Shown here one piece after another: positions 55,729 through 64,000 of a stretch of DNA of 64,000 nucleotides. The notes under the pieces are model-generated. The model was given only the letters and a program-made list of their open reading frames with translations, searched no databases and was not told the DNA's origin. The stretch spans positions 82,090-146,089 of the forward strand of contig DATDSO010000010.1 in NCBI GenBank assembly GCA_035291225.1, in the 5' to 3' direction. Made by a program: the position numbers and the translations under genes. How positions within the stretch are numbered: the stretch's first letter is position 1; every line of letters starts with the position of its first letter. The stretch comes from an archaeon (GTDB lineage Archaea > Aenigmatarchaeota > Aenigmatarchaeia > Aenigmatarchaeales > JACQIB01).

Positions 55729-56136
55729 GTGGTGGTAAATTATAGTATGCTTGGAAGGATGTTGGTGTTAATTTTAATCAGCGGAATTAGCTTCATCTTT
55801 TTTCATGAGTTGGGGCACTACGTTGCAGCCGAAGCACTTGGATTGAAGCCAAATTTTGTGTTTGCGCATGTACCTGACAATATGTTCATGGGATTTTCTG
55901 TGGGGGTTTCCCACTTACAATCTAGTAGCGCGATGGAAGGGTTTGTAATATTGGGAGCCACAATACTTCCTTTAATTTTGCTATTTATTTTTATTGCAGC
56001 ATCAAAAGTTTTTGAAATTGAAGATCTTATGTTTGTGGCGAAAATATACTTTATTTTGATTGCTGTAAATCTTGTTCCAATTCCCGGCATAGATGCCTTG
56101 GACGCAAATAAACTAATTCTTAGAATGCTTGGCTAA
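55729..56136 (+). CDS. Minimal M50-like (site-2 protease-like) membrane metalloprotease homolog.
   Basis: HELGH in the first TM helix. An NLVPIPGIDALD segment resembling NxxPxxxxDG. Only 135 aa. Confidence 0.4.
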   Translation: MVVNYSMLGRMLVLILISGISFIFFHELGHYVAAEALGLKPNFVFAHVPDNMFMGFSVGVSHLQSSSAMEGFVILGATILPLILLFIFIAASKVFEIEDLMFVAKIYFILIAVNLVPIPGIDALDANKLILRMLG

Positions 56137-56522
56137 CGTGTTGAAACAATCATTTTCTTTCCCATTATAATCCAATACTGCACTTCGCCGCCCTGAGTTA
56201 TTTTTCCTTTTAATTCTTCGGGCACCTGAGAATCGAACGTCTCGTAATTTTCCAAATCCATAACTTGGGCTGTTTCTCCTGTGATTGCAACTACCTGGCC
56301 GTTTCTCTTGTCAATAATTGGGACTTCCAATTCTGTGTCAGCTGGCTTCACAACCGAGCGCTTTCTGTTGTCAAATAACCCAACAGCCTCGAGCCTGACT
56401 TTCGCCGCACCATGCTTCCCACTTGCGGAAATCGTGACATCAACAACCCTGCATGGCTCACCGTCCAGAATGCAAAATTTTCCTTCTTTCAGATTTTTAA
56501 TTGCGGATTTTGTTTCAGTCAT
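56133..56522 (-). CDS. eif5a: Translation initiation factor 5A (aIF5A, hypusine-containing).
   Basis: The hypusination loop SASGKHGAAK (STSKTGKHGHAK-like). Size 129 aa. Confidence 0.85.
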   Translation of the reverse strand: MTETKSAIKNLKEGKFCILDGEPCRVVDVTISASGKHGAAKVRLEAVGLFDNRKRSVVKPADTELEVPIIDKRNGQVVAITGETAQVMDLENYETFDSQVPEELKGKITQGGEVQYWIIMGKKMIVSTR

Positions 56523-56555
56523 TCCAATTCTTTCAGGAGAGGATTTATAAAGTTT

Positions 56556-57020
56556 TTATTGTATAGGCACGCTGAAATCTTTTGTGAGAATATTGTTGCT
56601 CTCATCGGATTCAGAAATTCTTTCCACAGGGTCAACTCTTATAGTAAGCGTGTACTCGCCGTCAGAAAGTCCATAATATTTCAGCAAAATCTGCGAGCTG
56701 CTGGATCCGATATTTCCCTTGTTCACCTGCTCCTCGGGATAAATTAATTTTCCGGTTGCTTTCTCTTTTACCTCCGCGCCAACAATAACATTTTCAGCTG
56801 CGGCTTTTCCTTTGTTGAATATTGTTGCGCTCACGGAAATCTGCCCTGCCAATTTAGAAAAACTAACGCTGTCAGAAATATACAAATCCGGCAGAGCAGA
56901 GCCTGCTTGTGTTGTTGTCGCAGTTGCCGCTGCCGTGGAAGTTGTTGCAGCAGAAGTTTGCGAGCCCACGCATGCGGAGATGAAAATTATTGAAACCAGC
57001 GCGAACAGCAATTTTTTCAT
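56556..57020 (-). CDS. Secreted lipoprotein with a CARDB-like beta-sandwich domain.
   Basis: Signal peptide plus ISAC lipobox. An Ala/Thr linker. A NKGKAAAENV block. Confidence 0.5.
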   Translation of the reverse strand: MKKLLFALVSIIFISACVGSQTSAATTSTAAATATTTQAGSALPDLYISDSVSFSKLAGQISVSATIFNKGKAAAENVIVGAEVKEKATGKLIYPEEQVNKGNIGSSSSQILLKYYGLSDGEYTLTIRVDPVERISESDESNNILTKDFSVPIQ

Positions 57021-57050
57021 AAATTAAATATGCATTACCAATTTATAAAA

Positions 57051-57590
57051 CTAAACCCGCGCGAGCAAATCAGATTTCGTAACAACACCGGAAATTTTTC
57101 CATTTTTTGCAACAAGAACAATTGGATAAAATTTCAACAGGTTAGAAACAACTTCAGCCCCAGCCTCCAGCGAAACAATCGGCGGCGGCTCTTTCATGAT
57201 TTCGAAAATTTTATTTTTGCTTTCATCCAGCAGAGCATCCAAAATTTCCGATTCACCCACAAGCCCGACAATTTTCTTCCCGCGCAAGACTGGCATTTGA
57301 GAAATCCCGTGGCTGCGCATTTTTTTTGCAACTGCATGGATTTTTTCTGCCGGCCCGCAGAAAATTAATTTTCTGCTCATGAACTCGGAAACGCGCGCTT
57401 CCTTCTTTTTTGAAAAATTTTCCAGCGCAGAAAATATTTTTTTCACAGAAGAATAGCTCGGGTCAATTGCTCCAGATTCAAGCTTTGCAATCATGGACTG
57501 GGAAACCCCTGCTATTTGCGCGAGCTGCTGCTGCGTAATCCCAAGCCTGCGCCGGATTTTTCCAACGTCATTGATTTCATGCGGAACCAT
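57051..57590 (-). CDS. HTH (XRE-type) plus CBS-pair transcriptional regulator.
   Basis: N-terminal HTH ([25 protein letters not shown]). The C-terminal CBS pair motifs IVGLV..DLL and MPVLRGKK. Confidence 0.7.
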   Translation of the reverse strand: MVPHEINDVGKIRRRLGITQQQLAQIAGVSQSMIAKLESGAIDPSYSSVKKIFSALENFSKKKEARVSEFMSRKLIFCGPAEKIHAVAKKMRSHGISQMPVLRGKKIVGLVGESEILDALLDESKNKIFEIMKEPPPIVSLEAGAEVVSNLLKFYPIVLVAKNGKISGVVTKSDLLARV

Positions 57591-57686
57591 AATTACAATG
57601 AAAGCCCAGACTTTATAAATATTCTTAAAAGAATAAAGCTTTCAGTAAGGCTTATAAGCCTTGGAGCAAAAGAAATAAAAGTTATT

Positions 57687-58844
57687 ATGACTGAAAAATT
57701 TCTGTTCACATCAGAATCTGTAACAGAAGGCCACCCAGACAAAATCTGCGACCAAATTTCAGACTCTGTTTTGGACGCGCTGTTCAAGCAGGACCCATTC
57801 TCGCGCGTGGCAGTTGAAACTTTAACAACAACCGGTTTGATTGTAGTCGCGGGTGAAGTCACAACAAAGGGCTACATTGATGTTCAGGGAGTTGTCAGAA
57901 ATACAATAAGGCAAGTTGGATACGACAAACCAGAATATGGATTTGACGCAGATAGCTGCTCCGTGCTTGTTGCTTTACACGAGCAGAGCCCGGACATTTC
58001 TCAAGGCGTGACAGCAACAGAAGCGCGCGAGCAGGGAGCAGGCGACCAAGGATTGATGTTTGGATTTGCGTGCAACGAAACCCCAGAGCTAATGCCTCTT
58101 CCAATTATTCTCGCACACCGCCTCACAGAAAAACTTTCATCTTCAAGAAGAAGCGGGGAATTAGAATGGGCGCGGCCAGATGGAAAATCACAGGTTACAG
58201 TTGAATACGAAGATGGAAAACCAAAAAGAGTTACAGCTGTTGTGATTGCAATTCAGCACTCGCCTGATGTTTCCTATGAAAAATTGCGGGACGATGTTAT
58301 TGAAAAAGTTATCAAGCCAGTCTGCGGAAAATATTTGGATTCTGAAACCCAGTTCCACATAAACGCAACCGGAAAATTCGTGATAGGCGGCCCGCCCGGC
58401 GATTCGGGAGTTACTGGAAGAAAAATTATAATGGATACTTACGGTGGAATGGGAAGACATGGTGGCGGGGCTTTCTCTGGAAAGGACCCGACAAAAGTAG
58501 ATAGGAGCGCAGCATACATGGCGCGCTATGTTGCGAAAAATATTGTTGCCGCTGGCTTGGCTGACAAATGCGAAATACAAGTTGCGTATGCAATCGGAGT
58601 TGCCCAGCCAGTTTCAATTAATGTAAACACTTTCGGCACAGGAAAAATTTCCGATGAAAAAATAATTGAGCTTGTTAAAAAGCATTTTGATTTCCGGCCG
58701 GCGGCAATTATCAGCCACCTGAATCTGCGCAGGCCGATTTACAGAAAAACCGCGGCGTTCGGGCACTTCGGAAGAAATGATCCTGATTTCACTTGGGAGA
58801 GAACTGACATGGCGGGGATTTTGAGAAGGGAAGCAGGGTTGTAA
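57687..58844 (+). CDS. metK: S-adenosylmethionine synthetase, bacterial/eukaryotic MetK type. The ORF-track start at 57516 is an extension.
   Basis: [18 protein letters not shown] is the canonical MetK N-terminus. The motif [19 protein letters not shown] is present. An in-frame ATG at 57687 gives ~385 aa. Confidence 0.9.
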   Translation: MTEKFLFTSESVTEGHPDKICDQISDSVLDALFKQDPFSRVAVETLTTTGLIVVAGEVTTKGYIDVQGVVRNTIRQVGYDKPEYGFDADSCSVLVALHEQSPDISQGVTATEAREQGAGDQGLMFGFACNETPELMPLPIILAHRLTEKLSSSRRSGELEWARPDGKSQVTVEYEDGKPKRVTAVVIAIQHSPDVSYEKLRDDVIEKVIKPVCGKYLDSETQFHINATGKFVIGGPPGDSGVTGRKIIMDTYGGMGRHGGGAFSGKDPTKVDRSAAYMARYVAKNIVAAGLADKCEIQVAYAIGVAQPVSINVNTFGTGKISDEKIIELVKKHFDFRPAAIISHLNLRRPIYRKTAAFGHFGRNDPDFTWERTDMAGILRREAGL

Positions 58845-58911
58845 TATCTACTAAGATTTAAGCTATGAAAATATTTTTAAGCATGGCTTGTCCAAAGTTC
58901 TTGTGAATTAA

Positions 58912-59805
58912 ATGAGTTGGATTCTATTTACTTTAGCCTCTTATTTCCTGACTGCTGTCTCTGATGTTACAGATAAGGTTGTGCGAGATAAATTTGTTAG
59001 GAACAGCTATTCTCTTGCAATACTGACCGGTTTTCTAAACTTGGTTATGGCGGCACTGCTAGTTCTAATAAAACCTATTGCGCTGCCAGCAACAGCCGAC
59101 ATTATTTTTTTGCTGTTGAGTGGAATCATTAATGTCGCAGCCGTTACATTTTATTTTGAAGCCATGGCCAGCAACGAAGCTTCAAGAGTTGTGCCTCTGT
59201 TCCAATTTATAGCTCCATTTACTTTTATGCTTTCATTTATTTTTCTGGGTGAAAGGCTGACATCACCCCAGTTCATCGGATTTATCTTGCTCGTGTTAGG
59301 AGGATTTTTAATTTCAATAAAGAAGATACGTGACGTGTTTTCTATTGATAAAGGATTTTGGCTTATGATGTTGTCATGCATTTTGTATTCAATATCTTTT
59401 GTTATAATAAAGAATTCCCTTCTCACCCTCGACTTCTATAGTGCCCAACCATTCATTAGCGTAGGCTACTTTATAGGCGCCATACTTGCAATACCGATTT
59501 TTCTCTTTTTAAGAAAAATGAAAATTTCAGATCTACATTTCAGCAGGCCGGCCATAACTCTTCACGGACTTAATCAAATAATTTATGTCAGCGCGCGTGT
59601 GCTGCTGAATTTATCATTCTCTTTAGCAGCCGTTTCCTTAGTTACTTCTATACAGGGTTTTGTCGGGGTTTTTGTTTTGATTTTGACAACTGCAATTTCA
59701 ATATTTTTCCCAAAAATTTTAAAAGAAGATATTAGCAAGTCCGCGCTCGGACTGAAGATAGTCGCGATCGTGCTTATGTTTATTGGGGTTTGGATAATTA
59801 AGTGA
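58912..59805 (+). CDS. EamA/DMT-family transporter.
   Basis: Ten TM helices in two EamA halves. Confidence 0.6.
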   Translation: MSWILFTLASYFLTAVSDVTDKVVRDKFVRNSYSLAILTGFLNLVMAALLVLIKPIALPATADIIFLLLSGIINVAAVTFYFEAMASNEASRVVPLFQFIAPFTFMLSFIFLGERLTSPQFIGFILLVLGGFLISIKKIRDVFSIDKGFWLMMLSCILYSISFVIIKNSLLTLDFYSAQPFISVGYFIGAILAIPIFLFLRKMKISDLHFSRPAITLHGLNQIIYVSARVLLNLSFSLAAVSLVTSIQGFVGVFVLILTTAISIFFPKILKEDISKSALGLKIVAIVLMFIGVWIIK

Positions 59806-59809
59806 TCTC

Positions 59810-60427
59810 ATGAAACCTAATCTCATCATCTTCGACCTCGATGGTACGCTGATAGATACACTGGATGCTTACTTTGAATTTTTCAACAATCTTCTGGAAA
59901 AATGGAAAATCCCCCAAGTCACAAAAGAATTCTACCAGAAAAACCTTTTCTGGAAAAATATTTCTGTTGAAATTGCAGAAATCGCAGGCGTGGATAAAGT
60001 TGAGGAAGGCATGAAAATCTACAAGGAAGAATTCAAAGATTACTATGGAAAAATAAAGCTCATGAAAAATTCAAAGGAAACTCTGGATGAATTAAAAAAA
60101 ACTTTTCCTCTGGCTCTGCTTACAAGCACCGTAAGTTATGGAGCAAAAGGAATTTTGAAGCAGTTTGGCATGGAAGATTATTTTCAAATGGCGGTTTTCT
60201 TTGACGATTTGAAAAAGCCCAAGCCAGATCCAGAAGGCCTTTTGAAAATCATGGAAAAATTTTCTGCAAAGCCCGAGGAAACTATTTATGTGGGCGACAG
60301 CCCTTCTGATATGAAAGCTGCTGAAGCCGCAGGCTGCAAATTTATCGGCTACGGGCCTACTGAGAAATTCTCAAACCACAAAAGCATTCAGGATTTGTAT
60401 GAGCTGTGCGAGCTTGTGAAAAAATAA
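59810..60427 (+). CDS. HAD-superfamily hydrolase (subfamily IA).
   Basis: Motif I LIIFDLDGTLIDT. Motif II ..LTS... Motif IV GDSPSD. Confidence 0.75.
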   Translation: MKPNLIIFDLDGTLIDTLDAYFEFFNNLLEKWKIPQVTKEFYQKNLFWKNISVEIAEIAGVDKVEEGMKIYKEEFKDYYGKIKLMKNSKETLDELKKTFPLALLTSTVSYGAKGILKQFGMEDYFQMAVFFDDLKKPKPDPEGLLKIMEKFSAKPEETIYVGDSPSDMKAAEAAGCKFIGYGPTEKFSNHKSIQDLYELCELVKK

Positions 60428-60486
60428 TTTTATAACCCTGTTTAAAAAATCAAAAATAGACATCGAATTATGATTTGTTACTTCCA

Positions 60487-61017
60487 TTAAGAACATGCGC
60501 CCCACAAACCCCTTAAATTTTCTTTTGCTTCTATCTCTGCCTGTTTGAATTGTGATTGATATTTGTAGGGTGTTTTGTAAGTGTATTCTCTCGCAAATCC
60601 TTCGGAAATCAGAAGCTGATTAAAGTTTGTTCCATTCTCAAGAAAAACATATCTCAATAACCTTTTATATTTATCTCTATTGTCTTGTGTTGGGTCTGCT
60701 TCCAGCTTGATTATTGCCCCCCCCCCCAGAATTTCTTTCGCAAAATTGCTGGCTTCCAAACCAAAACACTCCAAGGGTTTTGAAGGGTGAACTGTTTCCG
60801 GCGTGTCAATTCCAATCAAACGAACTTTCTCTATCGTGCCGTTATAATCTACCCAAATCGTATCTCCATCAACGACTTTCACAACATCATAAAATTGTGT
60901 GTCGTAAGGTTGAGCACCTTGAATTGTTGTGGATGGCATTTGATAATCTGTGTCGGATGTGCAACCAGCTATTAGAACTGACAAAAGTAGAAAGAAGAAT
61001 AGAGTTTGTTTTTGCAT
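60487..61017 (-). CDS. Secreted thermonuclease (SNase-like) lipoprotein.
   Basis: LIAGC lipobox. SNase motifs VKVVDGDT, RLIGIDTPE, and ...GLWG. Confidence 0.8.
   Translation of the reverse strand: MQKQTLFFFLLLSVLIAGCTSDTDYQMPSTTIQGAQPYDTQFYDVVKVVDGDTIWVDYNGTIEKVRLIGIDTPETVHPSKPLECFGLEASNFAKEILGGGAIIKLEADPTQDNRDKYKRLLRYVFLENGTNFNQLLISEGFAREYTYKTPYKYQSQFKQAEIEAKENLRGLWGACS
60717..60727. repeat. Homopolymeric C11 (G11 on the coding strand) tract inside the nuclease gene.
   Basis: Eleven consecutive C at 60717-60727 in a ~38% GC genome. They encode GGG(A) in the minus-strand frame. Confidence 0.8.
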
Positions 61018-61130
61018 AAAACAAATTAGAAAGCATAATATTTAATAACACGAACATTCTATCCAATTCCGACTTTTTGGGCAAAGCCCCACCTAACTAT
61101 AGTTTTTAAATAGCAAATTAAACAATATTT

Positions 61131-64000
61131 ATGAGAAACCTCATAATTGCAATAATTTTCTCCTTTGTAATTTTCTCAGCTGCAGCTCTCGCCCACGAAG
61201 GCGACCTGAAAGATGAAATGGACAGCATAACAAATTATGCACAGGATTACGAAGCAGGAAAAATTTCTTTCCTTCAGCTAAAAGTTTTAACTGAAAGTAT
61301 AGGAGAAAAAATTCGGCGCTCGGTCAGCGAGGGTTTTATAAAAGTAAAGCCCGAAGAAGCAGACCATGAATTCGAAGGCTTGAGCACAGAAGCAATTGAA
61401 AAGCTTTTGGGCCCCTCAACAGAAAAAACTTCCCATGTCTGGATTGTTAATGAGGAAAAAGAAGCTGGCTTTGACAAAGAGCTCCCTGGATGGCGCAAAA
61501 GTGTTTTCAATGGAAACAAAATAAAAATCACAGTAAACGCGTGGCCGCAGATTTTCAGGAGCGCGGAAGGGGACAAAATTTTCTACTGGCTTGGATTTGA
61601 TTTCTTTTTCAAAAAACAATTTGAGCTCGATCCTGCCGGACTTGCTGATGGAGTTAAGCAGCAGGTTGAGAGCTATTACTACACAGGGCAGGGAGCAGAA
61701 ATAATTGCAAGAAATCTTGCGACAACTGAAAAAATTTTGCAGGATTATTTGGAGCAGAATTCCGAAAACTGCGAATCTGCGGTGAAATCCATTGTTGATG
61801 GAGAGCGCTCGGAGAAAATGAACAGGCAAACGCGCGGCAGCCTTTTCTCAGGAAAAAATGTAAAAGTTAAAATTGACTCGGGCGCCTGCGTTGACTGCAA
61901 GGACTGGGCGGATTTTCACATAAACGGCTGGGTTGAGGCTTTTGACAGAAGTTATAATATTCGCGAATCCGAGCCAATTGAATTTTTCAAGGAAACTTAC
62001 AGGCAGAAAAGTCTGGAAGAGCTTTACTCAACGCTTGAAAAACTTTTTTCCGGAATGAAGCAGTCTGCGCAAACTTATGACAACATAAAACATCCGCAGT
62101 TTTCAGATGAGTTTGCAGAATTCCGCGGAGAGCTTGATGTTGTTTCTCAGGTGATAAACGAAAAAGTCAATGATTGGCAGCTTTCAAAAGAGGAACGAGC
62201 CAGAATGGTTAAAGAGCGCGATGAAAGAGTTGAAGAAATATTTGAAAAGTTTTTAACAGAAAAAACTTCTGAAATTGTGAAGCAGGTTGAATTCAGGAAA
62301 AAACTTTTGACTTTTAATGAAACAAAAATTGGCACGCACTGCGAGAGCAGGTACAATGACTGCGGGCCTGGAGGGATGTGCTCGGACGCAAAATGCGTTG
62401 CGCGCCCAGAGGAAAGAAGAGGTCCGCCAGAAGGCGGAGGAAGAATTTGCCCGCAAGTCTGCATTCCGATGTGGGAGATGAGGGATAACAAATGCGAATT
62501 CAACCAATGCGGTTCAGGCTGCGGAGCTGACAATCAAAATTCTTTTAACACGGAAGCAGAATGCAGAGCAAGAATTGTCGGTCAAACTTCTTCAACGCTT
62601 CCACAAGAAACAACTTCTTCCACTTTAACAAACACAACAGCCCAGCAAACAACTTCCACTTCTCAAACAACTGCAACAACTTCTCAAGCCACGACTACAA
62701 CAGCTGCAAGCACAACTACAACTTCTCAGGCAACCACCACAACAGCAGGACCGACAGGCGGCTTTCTTGCGCGCGGCAGATTTATCACAGGCTATCAAAT
62801 TGCTTCAGAGGATGAAAATTCCTGCTTGAAAAAAGGCTGCAGGCAGAACCAATTTTGCAACACAGAAAAAGGCTGGTGTGAATGCAACCAAGGCTCTTCT
62901 GACTGCGATGGCGATTGGAGAAACGGATGCGAGTCCAACAAGCAGTGCCAGCCATGCATCCCAGGAACCGAGTGCAGTCCGGCAAGATGCGAACCTGACC
63001 ACATGAGCGGAATAGAAACATTTACATGCGCACAGGATGAGGCGCGCCAAGAAGAAGTTGCTGGTTTTGAAATGAATGCAAACTGCCAGTTCAGCCAGAA
63101 AGAAGGGGCGCACGGCTGGGCAGGCTTCAATGGTTGGGGAGAAAAATTCGACAGAGTCAACCAGCTGAAAAATTCCCAGCAGAGCAACACAGACTGGTGC
63201 TCGCGCGAACTCTCCTCTCTGCTGAAAGAAAGAAGGGAAATTGAGAAATCTTTTTCTTCCGGATTTTTGGATTGGTTTATGAAAGATTATGTCGCGGGAA
63301 ATGCAGAGGACTTTGAAATTTTCGGCCGCTCTTTTGGAAGCTTGTATTGGAGCATTGTTGAGAATAATAAAAGAACAGCAGAATCTTTGAGTTGCTTGGG
63401 AAGAACTAACTGGCCTGATGTTGAGCCGATAACAGCAAGGCTTGAAACAGAATTCGGCGGAGTTTACATTTATGAAAAACTTTTAGAGACAGACCACTTC
63501 GGAGAAAAAATGCGCGTGTTAAGCCCGTATATGGTTATGAATATTTTCCCGCCAAAAGAAGTTTTCAAAGAATTTTTCATACGCGGTTTGAAAGAAGGAA
63601 AGCTCGGGCCTGAAGGCGAGCAGGAAAATGGGCCGAGCCCTGCTGAAATTGCGCAGATAAAAAAAGAGCCGCAGGCCTATGGAATAATCCAGAGAATTTC
63701 AAATAATTTCGGCGGCGAGGCAAATATAATTTTCTCAATTAATGACAAGGGAGTTGAAGAAGCGAAAATGCTTATGCAGGTGAATCCGGATATTATTATG
63801 CAAATGAAGCCTGCTTTAGATTACAAGGGAGAAGTTGATGCAACGCTCAATATAGATTTTGATTATTTCTACAACATGATCAGCTCAATGGAAAAAGGAA
63901 AATCTGTTCACACTGAAAGGCCTCCATGGGACCAGCAGCCTGATGTTAGAGAAGCAGTAGGCGGCGCAGCTGAGGGAATAAAGTTTTTCACAGGAATTGT
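61131..64000 (+). CDS. Large secreted protein with a central Cys-rich (EGF-like) segment and a Thr-rich linker. It is partial and runs off the window end.
   Basis: Signal peptide MRNLIIAIIFSFVIFSAAALA. An open frame with no stop to position 64000, which is probably why it is absent from the ORF track. The tract TSSTLTNTTAQQTTSTSQTTATTSQATTTTAASTTTTSQATTTT. Cys clusters CNQGSSDCDGDWRNGCESNKQCQPC. Confidence 0.55.
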   Translation, partial: MRNLIIAIIFSFVIFSAAALAHEGDLKDEMDSITNYAQDYEAGKISFLQLKVLTESIGEKIRRSVSEGFIKVKPEEADHEFEGLSTEAIEKLLGPSTEKTSHVWIVNEEKEAGFDKELPGWRKSVFNGNKIKITVNAWPQIFRSAEGDKIFYWLGFDFFFKKQFELDPAGLADGVKQQVESYYYTGQGAEIIARNLATTEKILQDYLEQNSENCESAVKSIVDGERSEKMNRQTRGSLFSGKNVKVKIDSGACVDCKDWADFHINGWVEAFDRSYNIRESEPIEFFKETYRQKSLEELYSTLEKLFSGMKQSAQTYDNIKHPQFSDEFAEFRGELDVVSQVINEKVNDWQLSKEERARMVKERDERVEEIFEKFLTEKTSEIVKQVEFRKKLLTFNETKIGTHCESRYNDCGPGGMCSDAKCVARPEERRGPPEGGGRICPQVCIPMWEMRDNKCEFNQCGSGCGADNQNSFNTEAECRARIVGQTSSTLPQETTSSTLTNTTAQQTTSTSQTTATTSQATTTTAASTTTTSQATTTTAGPTGGFLARGRFITGYQIASEDENSCLKKGCRQNQFCNTEKGWCECNQGSSDCDGDWRNGCESNKQCQPCIPGTECSPARCEPDHMSGIETFTCAQDEARQEEVAGFEMNANCQFSQKEGAHGWAGFNGWGEKFDRVNQLKNSQQSNTDWCSRELSSLLKERREIEKSFSSGFLDWFMKDYVAGNAEDFEIFGRSFGSLYWSIVENNKRTAESLSCLGRTNWPDVEPITARLETEFGGVYIYEKLLETDHFGEKMRVLSPYMVMNIFPPKEVFKEFFIRGLKEGKLGPEGEQENGPSPAEIAQIKKEPQAYGIIQRISNNFGGEANIIFSINDKGVEEAKMLMQVNPDIIMQMKPALDYKGEVDATLNIDFDYFYNMISSMEKGKSVHTERPPWDQQPDVREAVGGAAEGIKFFTGI

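Noticed and set aside
57516-57686. An upstream extension of metK overlapping the divergent regulator.
   Set aside because: MetK proteins begin at the conserved [19 protein letters not shown]. The extension overlaps the 57051-57590 gene on the opposite strand.

Overview
This looks like an archaeal chromosome segment from a low-GC, tightly packed genome, plausibly DPANN-like (split RpoA'/A'', TFB, TFS, aIF5A, S8e, L30e, class I LysRS, class-I CCA enzyme, intron-rich tRNAs). Its backbone includes a suf Fe-S cluster operon (sufC, an inserted ORF, sufB, sufS, MOSC, sufU), the RNAP core operon (rpoH-rpoB-rpoA'-rpoA''-rpl30e-nusA), and many tRNA-maturation and modification genes (RNase Z, CCA enzyme, Elp3, Taw1, class I LysRS). 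There is a 5S rRNA with a palindromic bidirectional promoter shared with a divergent tRNA-Tyr, and four tRNAs that carry one to three introns each, including introns at non-canonical positions. The most notable accessory content is (1) a visibly GC-richer minus-strand operon of a MoxR-type AAA+ ATPase, two tandem paralogous unknown proteins with a near-identical 5' ~70 bp, and a 698-aa vWA (MIDAS) protein with an N-terminal HExxH motif; (2) a ~1.3 kb cluster of small Gly/Asp/Pro-rich ORFs with conserved 5' ends; (3) a 1317-aa secreted protein built from >20 tandem six-cysteine modules; (4) a nickel superoxide dismutase; and (5) a bacterial-type MetK. No CRISPR array or obvious transposon was seen.
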